Below, piece after piece: positions 51,031 to 64,000 of a stretch of DNA of 64,000 bases. The DNA is from Octopus bimaculoides (lineage: Eukaryota), in the NCBI RefSeq assembly GCF_001194135.2, contig NC_068983.1, forward strand, positions 164,304,957 through 164,368,956, in the 5' to 3' direction. Both the position numbers and the translations under genes were made by a program. Each line of letters begins with the position of its first letter. Positions within the stretch are counted from its first letter, which is position 1. Under the pieces are notes generated by a model. That model searched no databases. It saw only the letters and a list, made by a program, of their open reading frames with translations, and was not told where the DNA came from.

Positions 51031-53339
51031 CATAAGCCTACAATGTCAGCCTGCTGCACCTCACAGAATTTGGGTTGCTGTTGTTTAACACTTACCATAC
51101 TAATCTAGGATATAGACGTGCTGTTTTAAAGTAATGCATGGTTTCCTTGAGTGAGACACCTCATTGCACACTGCTCCAGTCTATTCCATTGAAAATGCTG
51201 GCACAGTGCTCTCTTCACCTGCCAAATCCTCTATGTTCTGCTGGGTCAATGACATGAGAACTAAGACAGTATCTGTGTTCAATCTCAACTACATAAGCAC
51301 ACAAACCAACCCCTGAAACCCTGGTCCATGCTCCCAGATTATACTTGCCACATGAGTGAACGCTAAGCTTTTAAACTCTCCAACATTTCGAGAAGTGTAC
51401 AGTTACACGATATTGCTATCCGTTAGTAGCAACTTCATGGAAGAGTGGCTTGCAAGAATAAAAATCAATATTCTGTTAATACAGCTGGGGTTAAATCACA
51501 ATTTATTATGTAAATATTATCACAGTTGTTGTTTCTAATGTTTTTTATTTGTATTTCTCATTAACTCTGAGATTTTAATCAGCTGATGCTTGTTTATTTT
51601 GTATTTTATTTATGTCTCAGTTTATTTACTTATTTGCATTACTATTTAGTTTTGAAAATACTATGAAAGATGTCTAACACACTTTTATTAAGGATTTAAG
51701 AGTTGTCACTGTTTGGTGAATGACATCTAAGTTGACATAGTGTAATCACCAAAATGTTTGTGACGATTTCTGTATCATTCATCGAAGAGAACTTCGTGGA
51801 TTTGTAAATAAAACAAATATCTTGAAAGCCTCCGGGGACTTTTAAAAATGCTGCTGTTTTTCTCAGGTTTTATAAAATTTAGCAAATGAAAGATAAATTT
51901 CCCGCTAGGTGGAATGCCAATCTATCTCAGGTCATAGTTTCAGACAATTTGATACATATTCCATACAATTAAATGAACTGAAGCACAAAGAATTAAGTGT
52001 GCTGACCAAAGACATAACCAAACAAAATGCCTGCAGTGAAGAATTTCAATTGAAGCTCTGGGAGTTGGGAGTCGAATGTTATAGACTTTCAACCATTTTT
52101 CTTCTCTGTTTGAAAAAGTAACATCTCACAGAAGATAAAAGAGAATTGGAAATAATAAAAGGGAAAAAGAATAGGAAAAAATAAATAGATAATAAACAAA
52201 AGGTAAATAACAGAATAGCGAAATTGAATGAAAAATATTTTTGCAAAGTAGAAGAGAAAATATGTAAAGCCATTGGAAGGGGAAAAAAAAGTTTATATGC
52301 AGAGAAGAGAGAAAATATGAAGAGAAATGGTTGAAGAATGAAGAAAGAATAATAGAATGGATCAAAGAGACATGAAGAAAGGAGAGACAGAATGAAAGAA
52401 GAAAAGGAAAGAAAAGAAACGGTAATGAATAAGGATATATCTAAGAATAAAAAAGAAAGATATAGAAATCTAAATTTCTGCAAAGTCCCAAAGGAATTCT
52501 AAGAAGTAGAGCTTATCTCTTATTTCTATGATTATAAATGGCCAAGAGATAAATCTTTGCATCTTGTGTCTATAGTGCCAATGTATCATTGGTAACATTC
52601 ATAGATTATCTGAAAGCTTTCCCAATAGCTATGCCAACTGAAATATAGAGAATTAATTGTACTGTACAGATACATAAGAAAATGCCTGCAGTGGGTCTAA
52701 ATTTAAGGCAGACCAATCCTCTCATCCATTCTTTATTCTTAAAAGTTTCCTGATCAAAATAAACGGCTTTTTTTTCTAAACTGTGCAGCATTGGAAATGT
52801 CTGACTTTACAACTTAGTTTATTATCCAAAGATTTAGGAATCTTCAGCATCATGGTTTAAAAAATATCAGTTTTGATTGTTGCTGTTGTTGTTGTTGTTG
52901 GTCTTATTTAGCCCCAGGTTGGCTTTAATCAAGCAAAACAATGATCAAAGCTAACCAACTCTAACTACCCCATCTTTTCCCAATCCACACTGACTTTAAG
53001 GCCAAACCAAGTTATTCTATGCATCCTTATTTTCTCAGACTTTAGAGTATGGTTTGAGAGAGATTTGGCTGCTATTTCTTGCAGGTTGAACAATCATACA
53101 GTTGTTCATTTATTATGTTGTTGGTGGCAATGGTTGGGGTGATGGCAGTACTGAGAGCAACATGAATTTTTGTAATCAAGGGTGAAGACATCATTGAAAA
53201 CAAAGTTGTTTGTTTTCAAAAATCCATTATTGTAAAAAAATAAAACGTTTTCGTCATTGTGACATCATAAAAGACTTTTGTTTTGACTCCAAGTGGAGAA
53301 CACTTGAAGGGTTTCAGGTAACCAATGAAAAATATAATA

Positions 53340-53555
53340 ATCTTTTCTAATCTAGGCACAAGGCCCAAGCATTTTGAGGAGGCAGGGCAGTCGATTAAAT
53401 CAACCCCAGTACGCAACTGGTACTTAATTCATCGACCCTGAAAGGATGAAAGGTAAAGTCAACCTTGGCGGAATTTGAACTCTGAATGTAAAGACAGATG
53501 AAATACCACTAAGGATTTTGCACAGCATGCTAACGATTCTGCCTGCTCGCCGCCT
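53340..53555 (-). mobile_element. SINE family B, full length
   Basis: Family motifs. Confidence 0.85.
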
Positions 53556-53599
53556 TGTGAAAAATATAATAATATGAATACTATGAACTGGTTCCACAA

Positions 53600-53951
53600 A
53601 AGTAGCACCTGGGCTGGTGCCATGTAAAAATCCCCCTTACTGGGGTCACGTAAATAACAGTGGCGCTGGTGCCACATATAAAGTACCCATGCCAGTGCTA
53701 CGTAAAGAGCACCCGTTCCACACTCTGTAAAGTGGCTGGCATTAGGAAGGGCATCCATCTGTTGTAGACACAATCGCCAAAACAGACATTTGGGGCCTGG
53801 TGCAGTTCTCTGGCTTGCCAGTTCCTGTCTAAAACCATCCAACCCATGCCAGCAGGGAAAATGGATATTAAATGATGATGATGAGGAGGAGGAGGAGGAT
53901 GATGATGACGATGATGATGACGACGATGATGATGAGGATGATGATGAGGAC

Positions 53952-54036
<85 letters not shown>

Positions 54037-54202
54037 ATGACAATGATGATGATGAGGATGATGATGATGAGGATGTTGAGGATGATGAGGATGATGAGGA
54101 TGAGGATGATGATGATGACGATGATGCTGATGATGATATCATGATGATGATATGACGATGATGATGATGATGATGATGATGATATGATGATGATGATATG
54201 AC

Positions 54203-54253
<51 letters not shown>

Positions 54254-54295
54254 ATGACGATGATGACGACGATGATGAGGAGGAGGAGGATGTCT
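53600..54295 (+). mobile_element. RTE 3' fragment with a ~420-bp expanded (GAT/GAC/GAG)n tail
   Basis: Canonical tail ending ttaaat at about 53873, followed by a continuous trinucleotide field. Confidence 0.85.
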
Positions 54296-54449
54296 GAGTA
54301 GTGTAGAATAGATGATAAGTTTTTACTGAAACAAATCAGTCATCAGGTTTTATGTCCCTTTGTAGTATTCACCCCTTTATTGAAACTTCCGCTCTGAAGA
54401 TGTCAGGGGATTAACTATTTAAGGCACTAATGTTATAGGTGTAGACAGG

Positions 54450-54800
54450 GATGCATGGTAAGAAGCTTGCTTCCCAAGCACAAGCTGTGGTTTCAACTCC
54501 ACTGTGACACCATGGGCAACTGTTTTCTACAATAGCCTCAAGCTGACCAAAGCCTTGAGAGTGGATTTGGTAAATGGAAACTGAAAGAAGCTCTTCATAT
54601 ATGTGCTTGTATGCATGCGCGCGCGTGTGTCTTTGTGACTGTGTTTACGTTTCTGTAACCTCGCCATTCAGCAGAAGAAATTAATAGAAAAAGTACCAGG
54701 CTTAAAACAAATGCACTGGGGTCAATTCATTTGAATAAAAATTCTTGAAGGCTGTGCCCCAGCATGGCCGTAATCTAATAACTGAATGAAATAAACGACG
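54450..54800 (+). mobile_element. SINE family A
   Basis: tggtaagaagcttgcttccca head and ccagcatggccgtaatctaata tail. Confidence 0.75.
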
Positions 54801-54874
54801 AAACCTGAATAAATAATCATCTTTTAACGTTTGTATATAGTTAAAAAAGAGTCTATGGCAGTAGAGAAGTGGAT

Positions 54875-55285
54875 TTGGGGAGGGGGTCAATCGATTAGAT
54901 CGACCGCAGTATGCAACTGGTATCTAATTTATCGACCCCAAAAGGATGAAAGGCAAAGCCGACCTCGGCGGAATTTGAACTCTGAACGTAAAGACAAATG
55001 AAATACCGCCAAGCATTTCACCCGGCGTGCTAACGTTTCTGCCAGCTCACCACCTTATAAAACGCTAATATTCTTTTCTACTCTATGCACAAGGCCAAAA
55101 ACTTTGGGGAGGGGTGGCCAGTCAATTAGATCGACCTCAGTATGCAACTGATACTTAATTTATTGACCCCGAAAGGATGAAAGGCAAAGTTAACCTTGGC
55201 GGAATTAGAACTCAACGTAAAGACAGACGAAATACCGCTAAGCATTTAATCCGGCATGCTAACGTTTCTGTCTGCTCGCCACCTT
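54875..55285 (-). mobile_element. Two head-to-tail SINE family B copies
   Basis: Copies at 54875-55057 and 55072-55285. Confidence 0.85.
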
Positions 55286-55444
55286 AATAAGAACTCCATA
55301 CTAAACATAAGAACCTCCACTATTGTGAAAAATTGGGCTGAAAGTATAAATATCTTATCCTCATGACACAACAATTAAGGATTCTTCAATTTACATCAAT
55401 TCTCGCTTCTTGGGAGGACAACGTACACCAAATACTAAATATGG

Positions 55445-55522
55445 TGATACAACTTGTATTCGATTTTATGTGATACAACTTGTATTCGATTTTATGTGAT
55501 ACAACTTGTATTCGATTTTATG
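55445..55522. repeat. Three perfect copies of the 26-bp unit tgatacaacttgtattcgattttatg
   Basis: Directly visible. Confidence 0.95.
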
Positions 55523-56828
55523 TACTTTAAATGGAAAAAAAAAATTTACTTAGTTTAGTGTAAATGCCTCAGATATGAACAAATGTTACGTTAATGTATA
55601 TTTTACACCAGGAATCAGTTGAAGTTTTCTCCATTCACACAATTTGTTATGAATTTTAAATTAAGTTAACTGACTTCCTGACACACTTGGCTAACCATCT
55701 AAGTGGTTTTCGACAGTTACATCTATAACCACTGAAAGTCATAAAAAAAAAAGATTTAAATAGTACTCACTAATTAGTGTTATTTAGACAGTTTTGCAGT
55801 AATGATATTTTTAATGCATTGATACTGCAGCTATTAAATAAATAGATTAAAAAAGTGTTGATAAAAGAAATTTTTCATACTAATCAGCGAAAACTGATTG
55901 ATTTATGAAATAGATAAAGGTAATGAGATGACTTTCTATTGTTGTATATTAGAAGGGTCACTATGTTTTGTCAGTGACAGCCTCATCAGTGCTAGTGGAT
56001 TGTTAAAAATGCACACAATTAATGCTTTGTGATAGGAAAGACATCCAGGAGGTGGGGGAGGGTAAAAAGATCATTCCAGATGAAGAATGAACGGAGGTGA
56101 TGTAAAGGAGAAAGGACACTTTGATCTTCTTAACAGACACAACCTACCTGTGTTTGTGGCATTCAGAACTAGGGTTAATCTCCGCTGTGAAATGGTTTGT
56201 AGCAGTAAGCACGTGTGGCTGGACAGGAGAAACCATAGCAAAGGATGAAAGGATCGAACTGAGGTGATGCAGGGTAGGGGGAAACTCATTGCTGACCAAC
56301 TCTTTAGTGAAACAAAAATACCAGATACTGTGAATGAATGTGGGAGGGGTGTGTTTGTGTATGTGGTATGTGCCAAAAGACGACGGTGAAACACTGTGTG
56401 ACCTGTTTAAATTATGCTATTATGAAATAAGGAATGTAGAATGATGACGATGATAACGAGGAAGAGGAGAGAAAGGAGCGAGAAGAACAGAATAATAATG
56501 AGGAGGAGGAGGAAGGGGAATAATTAAAGTTCCGGTCGTATGAATTTGTGGGAATGTAGATAATTACGTTTTAGTAAAACATATATATATATATACAGTA
56601 TATATAGGTATGTGGGTAAGTGTAGTGAGTGTCTGATACTTCACATACGCACCTATGTATGTATGTCTCATCTATTTTTTAATTGTTATAAATCTTCCAC
56701 TGAGGATGGAGCTGGTTTTGAGCAAAGACCCAAGGCTCCATCTTTGGGATGGAGTTAAGACAGACTAATTCATATTTGGAACGTGAGAAAAGTCTTGCAT
56801 ATTTTTACTGTATGTATGTATGTATGTA

Positions 56829-56886
<58 letters not shown>

Positions 56887-57369
56887 TGTGTTTGTTAATG
56901 TTTGTTTTTATGCTCAGTTATGATANNNNNNNNNNNNNNNNNNNNNNNNNNNNNNNNNNNNNNNNNNNNNNNNNNNNNNNNNNNNNNNNNNNNNNNNNNN
57001 NNNNNNNNNNNNNNNNNNNNNNNNNNNNNNNNNNNNNNNNNNNNNNNNNNNNNNNNNNNNNNNNNNNNNNNNNNNNNNNNNNNNNNNNNNNNNNNNNNNN
57101 NNNNNNNNNNNNNNNNNNNNNNNNNNNNNNNNNNNNNNNNNNNNNNNNNNNNNNNNNNNNNNNNNNNNNNNNNNNNNNNNNNNNNNNNNNNNNNNNNNNN
57201 NNNNNNNNNNNNNNNNNNNNNNNNNNNNNNNNNNNNNNNNNNNNNNNNNNNNNNNNNNNNNNNNNNNNNNNNNNNNNNNNNNNNNNNNNNNNNNNNNNNN
57301 NNNNNNNNNNNNNNNNNNNNNNNNNNNNNNNNNNNNNNNNNNNNNNNNNNNNNNNNNNNNNNNNACGTA

Positions 57370-57655
57370 ATAAGCACCATTCAAACGTGGTTCGATACCA
57401 GTGCCACGTTACTGGCTCCCCGTGTCGGTGGCATGTAAATAGCACATTCCGAACATGGTCGATGCCAATGCCCCCCCCCCCAACTGGCTCTCAGAGTGGT
57501 TAGCGTTAGAAAGGGCATCCAGCTGTAGAAACCTTGCCAGATCAGATTGGAGCCTGGTGCAGCCTCCTGGCTTGTCAGTCCTCAGTCAAACCCTCCAACT
57601 CATGCCAGCATGGAAAGCAAACGTTAAGCGACAATGATGATGATGATGATGATGA
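57370..57655 (+). mobile_element. RTE LINE 3' fragment
   Basis: Canonical tail. Confidence 0.8.
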
Positions 57656-57656
57656 T

Positions 57657-57691
<35 letters not shown>

Positions 57692-58049
57692 GTATGTGTG
57701 TGTATATATATATTCATATACATACATACATACATACATACATACATACATACATACATACACACTTATATGTATGTGTGTGTGTGTACGTATATATGCC
57801 TGCTTGTATGTGTGTATAAATTTGAATTATGCTGTAGAATCAGCTCAGTAATAAAACCATTATCAGTACGAAATTCTTAGCATAAGTTGTTTAAATGCCA
57901 GAAGCTGCGGTTTAAACAAGCTACGAACATGAAGTATGTGGTGTGGACAATGTTTTCGTAAAACAGAGCTGCTTTTATTACATAATTCCAAGTTGCTCTC
58001 TTTAGGCGCCGACTTTGCAACTCAGCAGTTAGTTTATACATTATCTATG

Positions 58050-58372
58050 TGGAGGTGCATGGCTTAGTGGCTAGAAATATTCAGCTCACAATCGTGAGGT
58101 CGTGAGTTCGATTTTCGGCCATGTATTGCGTCCTTGAGCAACACGCAGGCACTTTATTTCATGTTTCTCTAGTCCACTCAGCTGGCAAAAATGAGTTGTA
58201 CCTATGATTCAAAAGGGCCAGCCTTGTCACACTCTGTGTCACGCTGAATCTTCCTTAGAACAACGTTGAGAGTGCACATGTCTGTGGAGTACTCAACCAC
58301 TTGCACATTAATTTCACGGGGAAGCTGTTCCGTTGATCGTATCATTGGAACACTCGTCATCGTAACCGACAT
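58050..58372 (+). mobile_element. Family-E-related tRNA SINE with a different 3' part
   Basis: gaggtgcatggcttagtgg A box, gagttcgatt B box and cactttatttcatg...cactcagctggcaaaaatgagttg shared with 45621-45777. Confidence 0.75.
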
Positions 58373-59065
58373 TGTTAGTTGTTTTCTTTGAAATACATTA
58401 TCTATTTATACTTCAGACTAGAGACTCCAATTTCATTTCGAAAGTGATACAAGTACCCTAAATGGTTAAACCACAATGGCAGCATATCAAAGTAGTGTAC
58501 TTGTGTCAACCTTTATTCTAAATTCTTTATCCTACCAAGATTGATACAAGCATCTCCATTACCATTCTGGAATAATACAAGTACAATGAAATCCAGTACC
58601 AGGAATACTGCTTCTTTCATCACCATTTTGATTAGAAAACCTTGCAGACCTATAAATACGGTCTGCTGCTCTTCTGATCGCTTGTGGGGTGATTTCATTT
58701 CGTCCAACTCTAAAGTATATCATGCTTTTGTTTGTTAGCACTCCCATTGCATGACAAATTCAGAGACGATGTGAGATGGTTAAATAGAGGGAAATAGTAG
58801 AGATGATGTAAGGAGTTATTTTGGAAAGGGATGGAAATAAGAAATACAAAGGGAAATAAGAGAATAAATGTAAAAATATAAATATTTGTTGGATGTTACA
58901 GTTTTAGTTCCATTATCCAAGGAAAGTGGTGTGTAGAAGTGGTAGCAATGCTTCCTGTCCGTGGTATGTAGATTCCGATAGGAGTTCATAATTTGTCATC
59001 ACAAATGGAAAGTGTGGAGACGTTGATTCCAGATGCTGTTCATTTAAAGGGGTCAAATACATACA

Positions 59066-59096
<31 letters not shown>

Positions 59097-59319
59097 CTAA
59101 ATGTGTACAATTATAAATCAGGGCAAAACAAAAAAATTTCTTTGCAAATATGCTGAAAAATAGACGCTAAATTTAGTGTCTATTTTTCAACATATTGGCA
59201 AAGATTTTCTTTTCTTTTGCCCTTAATTATGATTGTGTTTATAATTTCACCTTAAAAACTATTTTTCATATACTGGCCACTGATAGAATTAAAAAAAAAT
59301 CTTATCCTTGTATTAGAAC

Positions 59320-59530
59320 GCCTGACTGGCCCTCGTGCCGGTGGCACGTAAAAGCACCCACTACAATCTCGGAGTGGTTGGTGTTAGGAAGGGCATCCAG
59401 CCGTAGAAACTCTGCCAGATCAGATTGGAGCCTGGTGTAGCCATATGGCTCACCAGTCCTCAGTCAAATCACCCAGCCCATGCTAGCATGGAAAGCAGAC
59501 GTTAAACGATGATGATGATGATGATGATGA
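59320..59530 (+). mobile_element. RTE LINE 3' fragment
   Basis: Canonical tail. Confidence 0.85.
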
Positions 59531-60635
59531 TGTATGTATTTGCTTTTAGTATTTATACAGGAAATAAAAGCTGCAAATAACATCAAGAAAAACAATAATC
59601 TGTTAAGTAAGTTCAAATAAAATAAGATATCTTTATGAAACCAACAAGAACCAAATCTCTGTCTTCTCTATTCCTCTGTCACAGACTTTTATAAAGAAGA
59701 ATACATCATGTTGTACTAAATAACATTAATTCTTCTGCTGAATACATAACCAATAAATTGGTAATTGAAGATGGAACTGGTATTTTATTGCTGTGAAAGC
59801 CTCTGTTCTATTTAAATCCTTACAGAAATAATTTTGTCAAACTGACTCCAATCTGATGATTCATTCCTCTAAGTCTTTATTTTATATTCTTTACTTGACG
59901 AAAATTGATACAAAATATCTCCATTATTCTGGAATAGTACAAGAAAAACAAAATCCAGGATCAGAAAAGTTGCTTCTTTCAACCTAAGTTTGATTCTTGT
60001 GAGTATTTTTAGCTGTACATTGTTTAGTACACCCATAAACCACCCGAAATTATTATATTTCTACAAGTTATACAACTTAAACTTTTCACCCAACAACAAA
60101 ATATTCAATAAAAACACTATCAAACTTTCCTAATCAACTACTCATAATGTCTTTTATAATATCATTATGGAAAATCTCCCTAATTTATTTGAAAACTTAA
60201 TCATAAACTTTCTTGCATCTAACTTCACATACTTCATTCATAATGCTAGTCCCTCGAAAGAAATTACCAGACAAGTAAAAGATAAAAGACAAAAGATAAA
60301 GGATGCAAGATATACATATAGGTAACAGACTTAGTAGGGATATACATTTTATTCTGTCTGTATAAGGAACTCCCAGAAATAGGGGGGAGTCTATACAGGG
60401 ATGATGTACTTTTCAACTTGTTTAACTCCTCAAACTGGGACATAGAAAATATTGCCCTTCGTTTTACTCTTAGAAAACTCGAAAAGACAGAAACCGGTAC
60501 TAACTGTTGCAAAATGCATTTCAGGATAAAATTAATTTAGCATTTTCTACCTTGTCTTATTTTCCTTATATATATATATATATACGCGTGTGTGTATGTG
60601 TGTCTAAATTAATAGCACCACCTTATATCTTGATA

Positions 60636-60673
<38 letters not shown>

Positions 60674-61191
60674 NNNNNNNNNNNNNNNNNNNNNNNNNNN
60701 NNNNNNNNNNNNNNNNNNNNNNNNNNNNNNNNNNNNNNNNNNNNNNNNNNNNNNNNNNNNNNNNNNNNNNNNNNNNNNNNNNNNNNNNNNNNNNNNNNNN
60801 NNNNNNNNNNNNNNNNNNNNNNNNNNNNNNNNNNNNNNNNNNNNNNNNNNNNNNNNNNNNNNNNNNNNNNNNNNNNNNNNNNNNNNNNNNNNNNNNNNNN
60901 NNNNNNNNNNNNNNNNNNNNNNNNNNNNNNNNNNNNNNNNNNNNNNNNNNNNNNNNNNNNNNNNNNNNNNNNNNNNNNNNNNNNNNNNNNNNNNNNNNNN
61001 NNNNNNNNNNNNNNNNNNNNNNNNNNNNNNNNNNNNNNNNNNNNNNNNNNNNNNNNNNNNNNNNNNNNNNNNNNNNNNNNNNNNNNNNNNNNNNNNNNNN
61101 NNNNNNNNNNNNNNNNNNNNNNNNNNNNNNNNNNNNNNNNNNNNNNNNNNNNNNNNNNNNNNNNNNNNNNNNNNNNNNNNNNNNNNNNNNN

Positions 61192-61222
<31 letters not shown>

Positions 61223-62459
61223 TACGCATACACACACACGTACACACCTCTAATGTGACTAATTCATATTCTACAACTTCATGATTCAATAATACTATTT
61301 TTAAGACTTACAAATTGATTCTAAATCATTTATTCATTTCAGACATTCAGTTTTCCTAAAGTCATTCAGTGGTCAAGGACATTCTGGAAATGAAGTCTAA
61401 AAAATAAAAAAAATAAAACTACGTTTTGACATTCTTGTTTAGGTACCTGCAAGTGTCTACAAGTCACACTTGGATTATGGATTAACCAATTTTTGATAGT
61501 TATATCAACAAACGTCTAAATCGTTAGAAATAATATTAATAATAATTTTATGCTAATTTCACAGATCGTGAAGGTGGCATACTATTGAAGATATCGACGA
61601 ATGGGCTTTAGCAAGCACAACCGACTAATGAGTTAGCTGAATGATTAACCAAACAATTGATTAGTTAATTGATTAAAGGATTAAGTAATTAACAAATAAT
61701 ATAAAAGTTAAGTTGAAATTGAAGCAGTGCATGTGTTTATTACTGGCACAATAACCCTCCCGACATACAAAATATGTTAATTTATATTATTTAGAAAATT
61801 CTTAGAGCATAGATTGACCGAATTCTTGGAATATTAGGGACATTGCTATACAATATCTGTGCTGCTTATTTGATTACTGCGTTCAAAAATCTGCTGAGAT
61901 CAACTTTTGCTTTCATCCTTCTGTTGTCAATACATAACTACCGGGTTCGATTTAATCACCCGTTCCACCTCTCACCAAAATGTGTGTGACCTGATGCTTA
62001 TGTGACGAAACATTATTTAGATCAGCGATCAGGAAAGTGATCGATATTGATCCAAGGGGATGGGTGTGGCTATCCAAGGTGTTCAACGAACTCCTGAAAC
62101 AACTTTGAGTATTATGGGTGGTGCTGAATCAACAGCGAACTAGTAAGGACGTGGAAAACTGCGGAAATTTATGACTAAAACCTGCTAATTTTCAGCCAAA
62201 TATAGATGCGATAATAAACATTTGCCAAACACATATTTCGCACAACAATCTAAGACCATTTTTTATCTATGGACCCCTTTGATAACCATTTTATTCTAGT
62301 GAATCCATATACCATTCGATGTTTAAAAACTAGTTTTAAAGAAACTTCTTTCAAAATTCCTATTTTGTTTTTCACTCTTTCACTTGCGTAAGTTTGCAGC
62401 AACCCTCTTTGAGAGAACGTTTCAGTGACAGGAAAAACATGTTGAAATATGTAAAACGC

Positions 62460-62673
62460 GAGACAAAGAAACTGTTTCTTGCAATAAATATATTGAAGGT
62501 AAAATTTTTTTTGCAATAAATATATTTAAAGTAAAATTTTTCTTGCAATAAATATATTTAAGGTAAAATTTTTCAAATACTGTGGATCTTCAATTTACTG
62601 TTTTGTCGCCGGGGACTCTCAGAAATGTTGAATAGATTCCAGGGGCCACATGAACCCCGGTTGAGAATCCCTG
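62460..62673. mobile_element. hAT-like non-autonomous remnant with 3 copies of a ~33-bp internal repeat
   Basis: Ends ggttgagaatccctg (reverse complement CAGGGATTCTCAACC, hAT-type TIR); ttgcaataaatatatt.aa.gtaaaattt occurs three times. Confidence 0.5.
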
Positions 62674-63036
62674 ATATAATATGACTATTCTTTTTTATCG
62701 TTCTCTTTCAATTTCATAAAGTATTTTCATTATTTTTTTTTTTTTTACAAAAGAAGGAAGAATTATTGTTTTTAAATCAAGAATTCTTTTATTATACTTT
62801 TTGATTTTATTTTATAAATCAACATGATGGGGGTGGCAAGTTATCAATGATATAAGAAATTCCGCCGACCCCTGATTTAGACAGTTCTATAGTTAAGAAC
62901 GTTTTCAATTCAGAATTATTGCAGTTGTGAAATTTTTAAAACACGGTGTTGAAATTGGAGAATTCTGATAAACATTAATTAATGACTGGAGAATAAATAA
63001 TGTTTGAAGCAAAAGAGGGCAACGAGGTCAATTTAC

Positions 63037-63145
63037 GTTGACATATAGGGGTGGGGCTCATTGTCTTGCCAGACAGTTTTTCTAATGTCGGTGGCATTAG
63101 AGAAACACTTCCAGTTGAACAGTCTGTGATAGGAAATGCACCCAG
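63037..63145 (-). CDS. Candidate 109-nt internal exon, product unknown
   Basis: Strong acceptor ttttttttcttagcatatttttacatttttttacAG, donor C|GTAAAT; two open frames (GCISYHRLFNWKCFSNATDIRKTVWQDNEPHPYMST or LGAFPITDCSTGSVSLMPP...). Confidence 0.35.
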
Positions 63146-63608
63146 CTGTAAAAAAATGTAAAAATATGCTAAGAAAAAAAAGACACAGATGGAAACAGCA
63201 GAAAATGGAGAGAAAAATGTAGTTTTGTTAGAGACAAACACCACGAAGTTGTTTGGTTTGTGTCGTGTGTAAAGCAAGATGAAAGAGTGAAGTGAGATAA
63301 CATGAGATCCATCAACTTCATGCCAGTGTGGCGGAATGGATGTAAAATAATAATGACGGTGACGCTGATGAACAAAATTTCCTGTTATAAACTTAGAGAC
63401 GTGCAAACTGCTCACATACTTAGTACAATATATGTGTGTATAAGAGAGGGAGAGAGAGAGAGAAAGAGAGACTGGGTTCATATTTATGCATACATGTATA
63501 TGTGTGCGCGTAGATGTATGTAAGTGTATGTTTGTATATATATGTATATATGTATACACACACGCATACAGATGTGTGTGTGTATTTATCTATCTATCTA
63601 TCTATCTA

Positions 63609-63675
<67 letters not shown>

Positions 63676-64000
63676 NNNNNNNNNNTGGAGAATGAAAGAC
63701 AGCTTAAAAAGCTTTAAAAATAGAATATTTTATCGGTCGTCAGGAAGAAGTTGACAGTGACGTAGTTGCCTTTTAATGTTGTCTTAATGTCAAGTGTACA
63801 AGAGAGAAAGTGACAAACAGACAGGCCAATGTGTATAGAAACAAGAGGAGGACAGAGAAAGCGAAAAGGAGACAGTGTTGCAGACATTCTTTGATAAAGA
63901 CAAATAATAGAAGAGAAAGAGAGAGAAACAAGGAAGTGAGAACGAAAGTATAACGTGATACAGTGAACGGTTAAAAAAGTCTATATTCTAATAAAAGAAT

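Noticed and set aside
55950-55995. Minus-strand CTGATGAGG...CC
   Set aside because: Not followed by GAAA or an NUH triplet.
56699-56790. CTGAGGA followed by a TGGAGC/GCTCCA stem (hammerhead-like)
   Set aside because: No GAAA after stem II and no stem I/III closure; at most a heavily decayed remnant.
58907-61610. Plus-strand exon candidates (about 58907-58962, 61442, 61565) that could splice in phase to 33270-33319
   Set aside because: They give only a ~50-aa peptide with no recognisable homology; phase compatibility is easily met by chance.

Overview
AT-rich, repeat-saturated eukaryotic draft-assembly DNA with 14 N gaps, many abutting (TA)n or other microsatellites. The repeat complement suggests a coleoid cephalopod, probably Octopus; this is inferred from recognised repeat motifs, not from a search. 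No host protein-coding gene can be called confidently, and nearly all ORF-track entries are microsatellite translations. The window holds four tRNA-headed SINE families, many 3' fragments and two RT fragments of RTE-clade LINEs, a cluster of R4/Dong-like RLE-LINE 3' fragments sitting in (AAT)n tracts, and piggyBac-, hAT- and Helitron-like non-autonomous remnants. The most interesting signal is at least six hammerhead-ribozyme motifs, several degenerate, in five settings: a tRNA-promoter SINE with a hammerhead tail (6191-6430), a ~320-bp foldback with a hammerhead in each arm (27224-27545), a long-loop variant (48858-48981), a minimal copy (21676-21712) and a type-II-like permutation (21292-21390). 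Weak candidate exons lie at 31750-32250 (-), 33270-33319 (+), 24691-24865 (-) and 63037-63145 (-).
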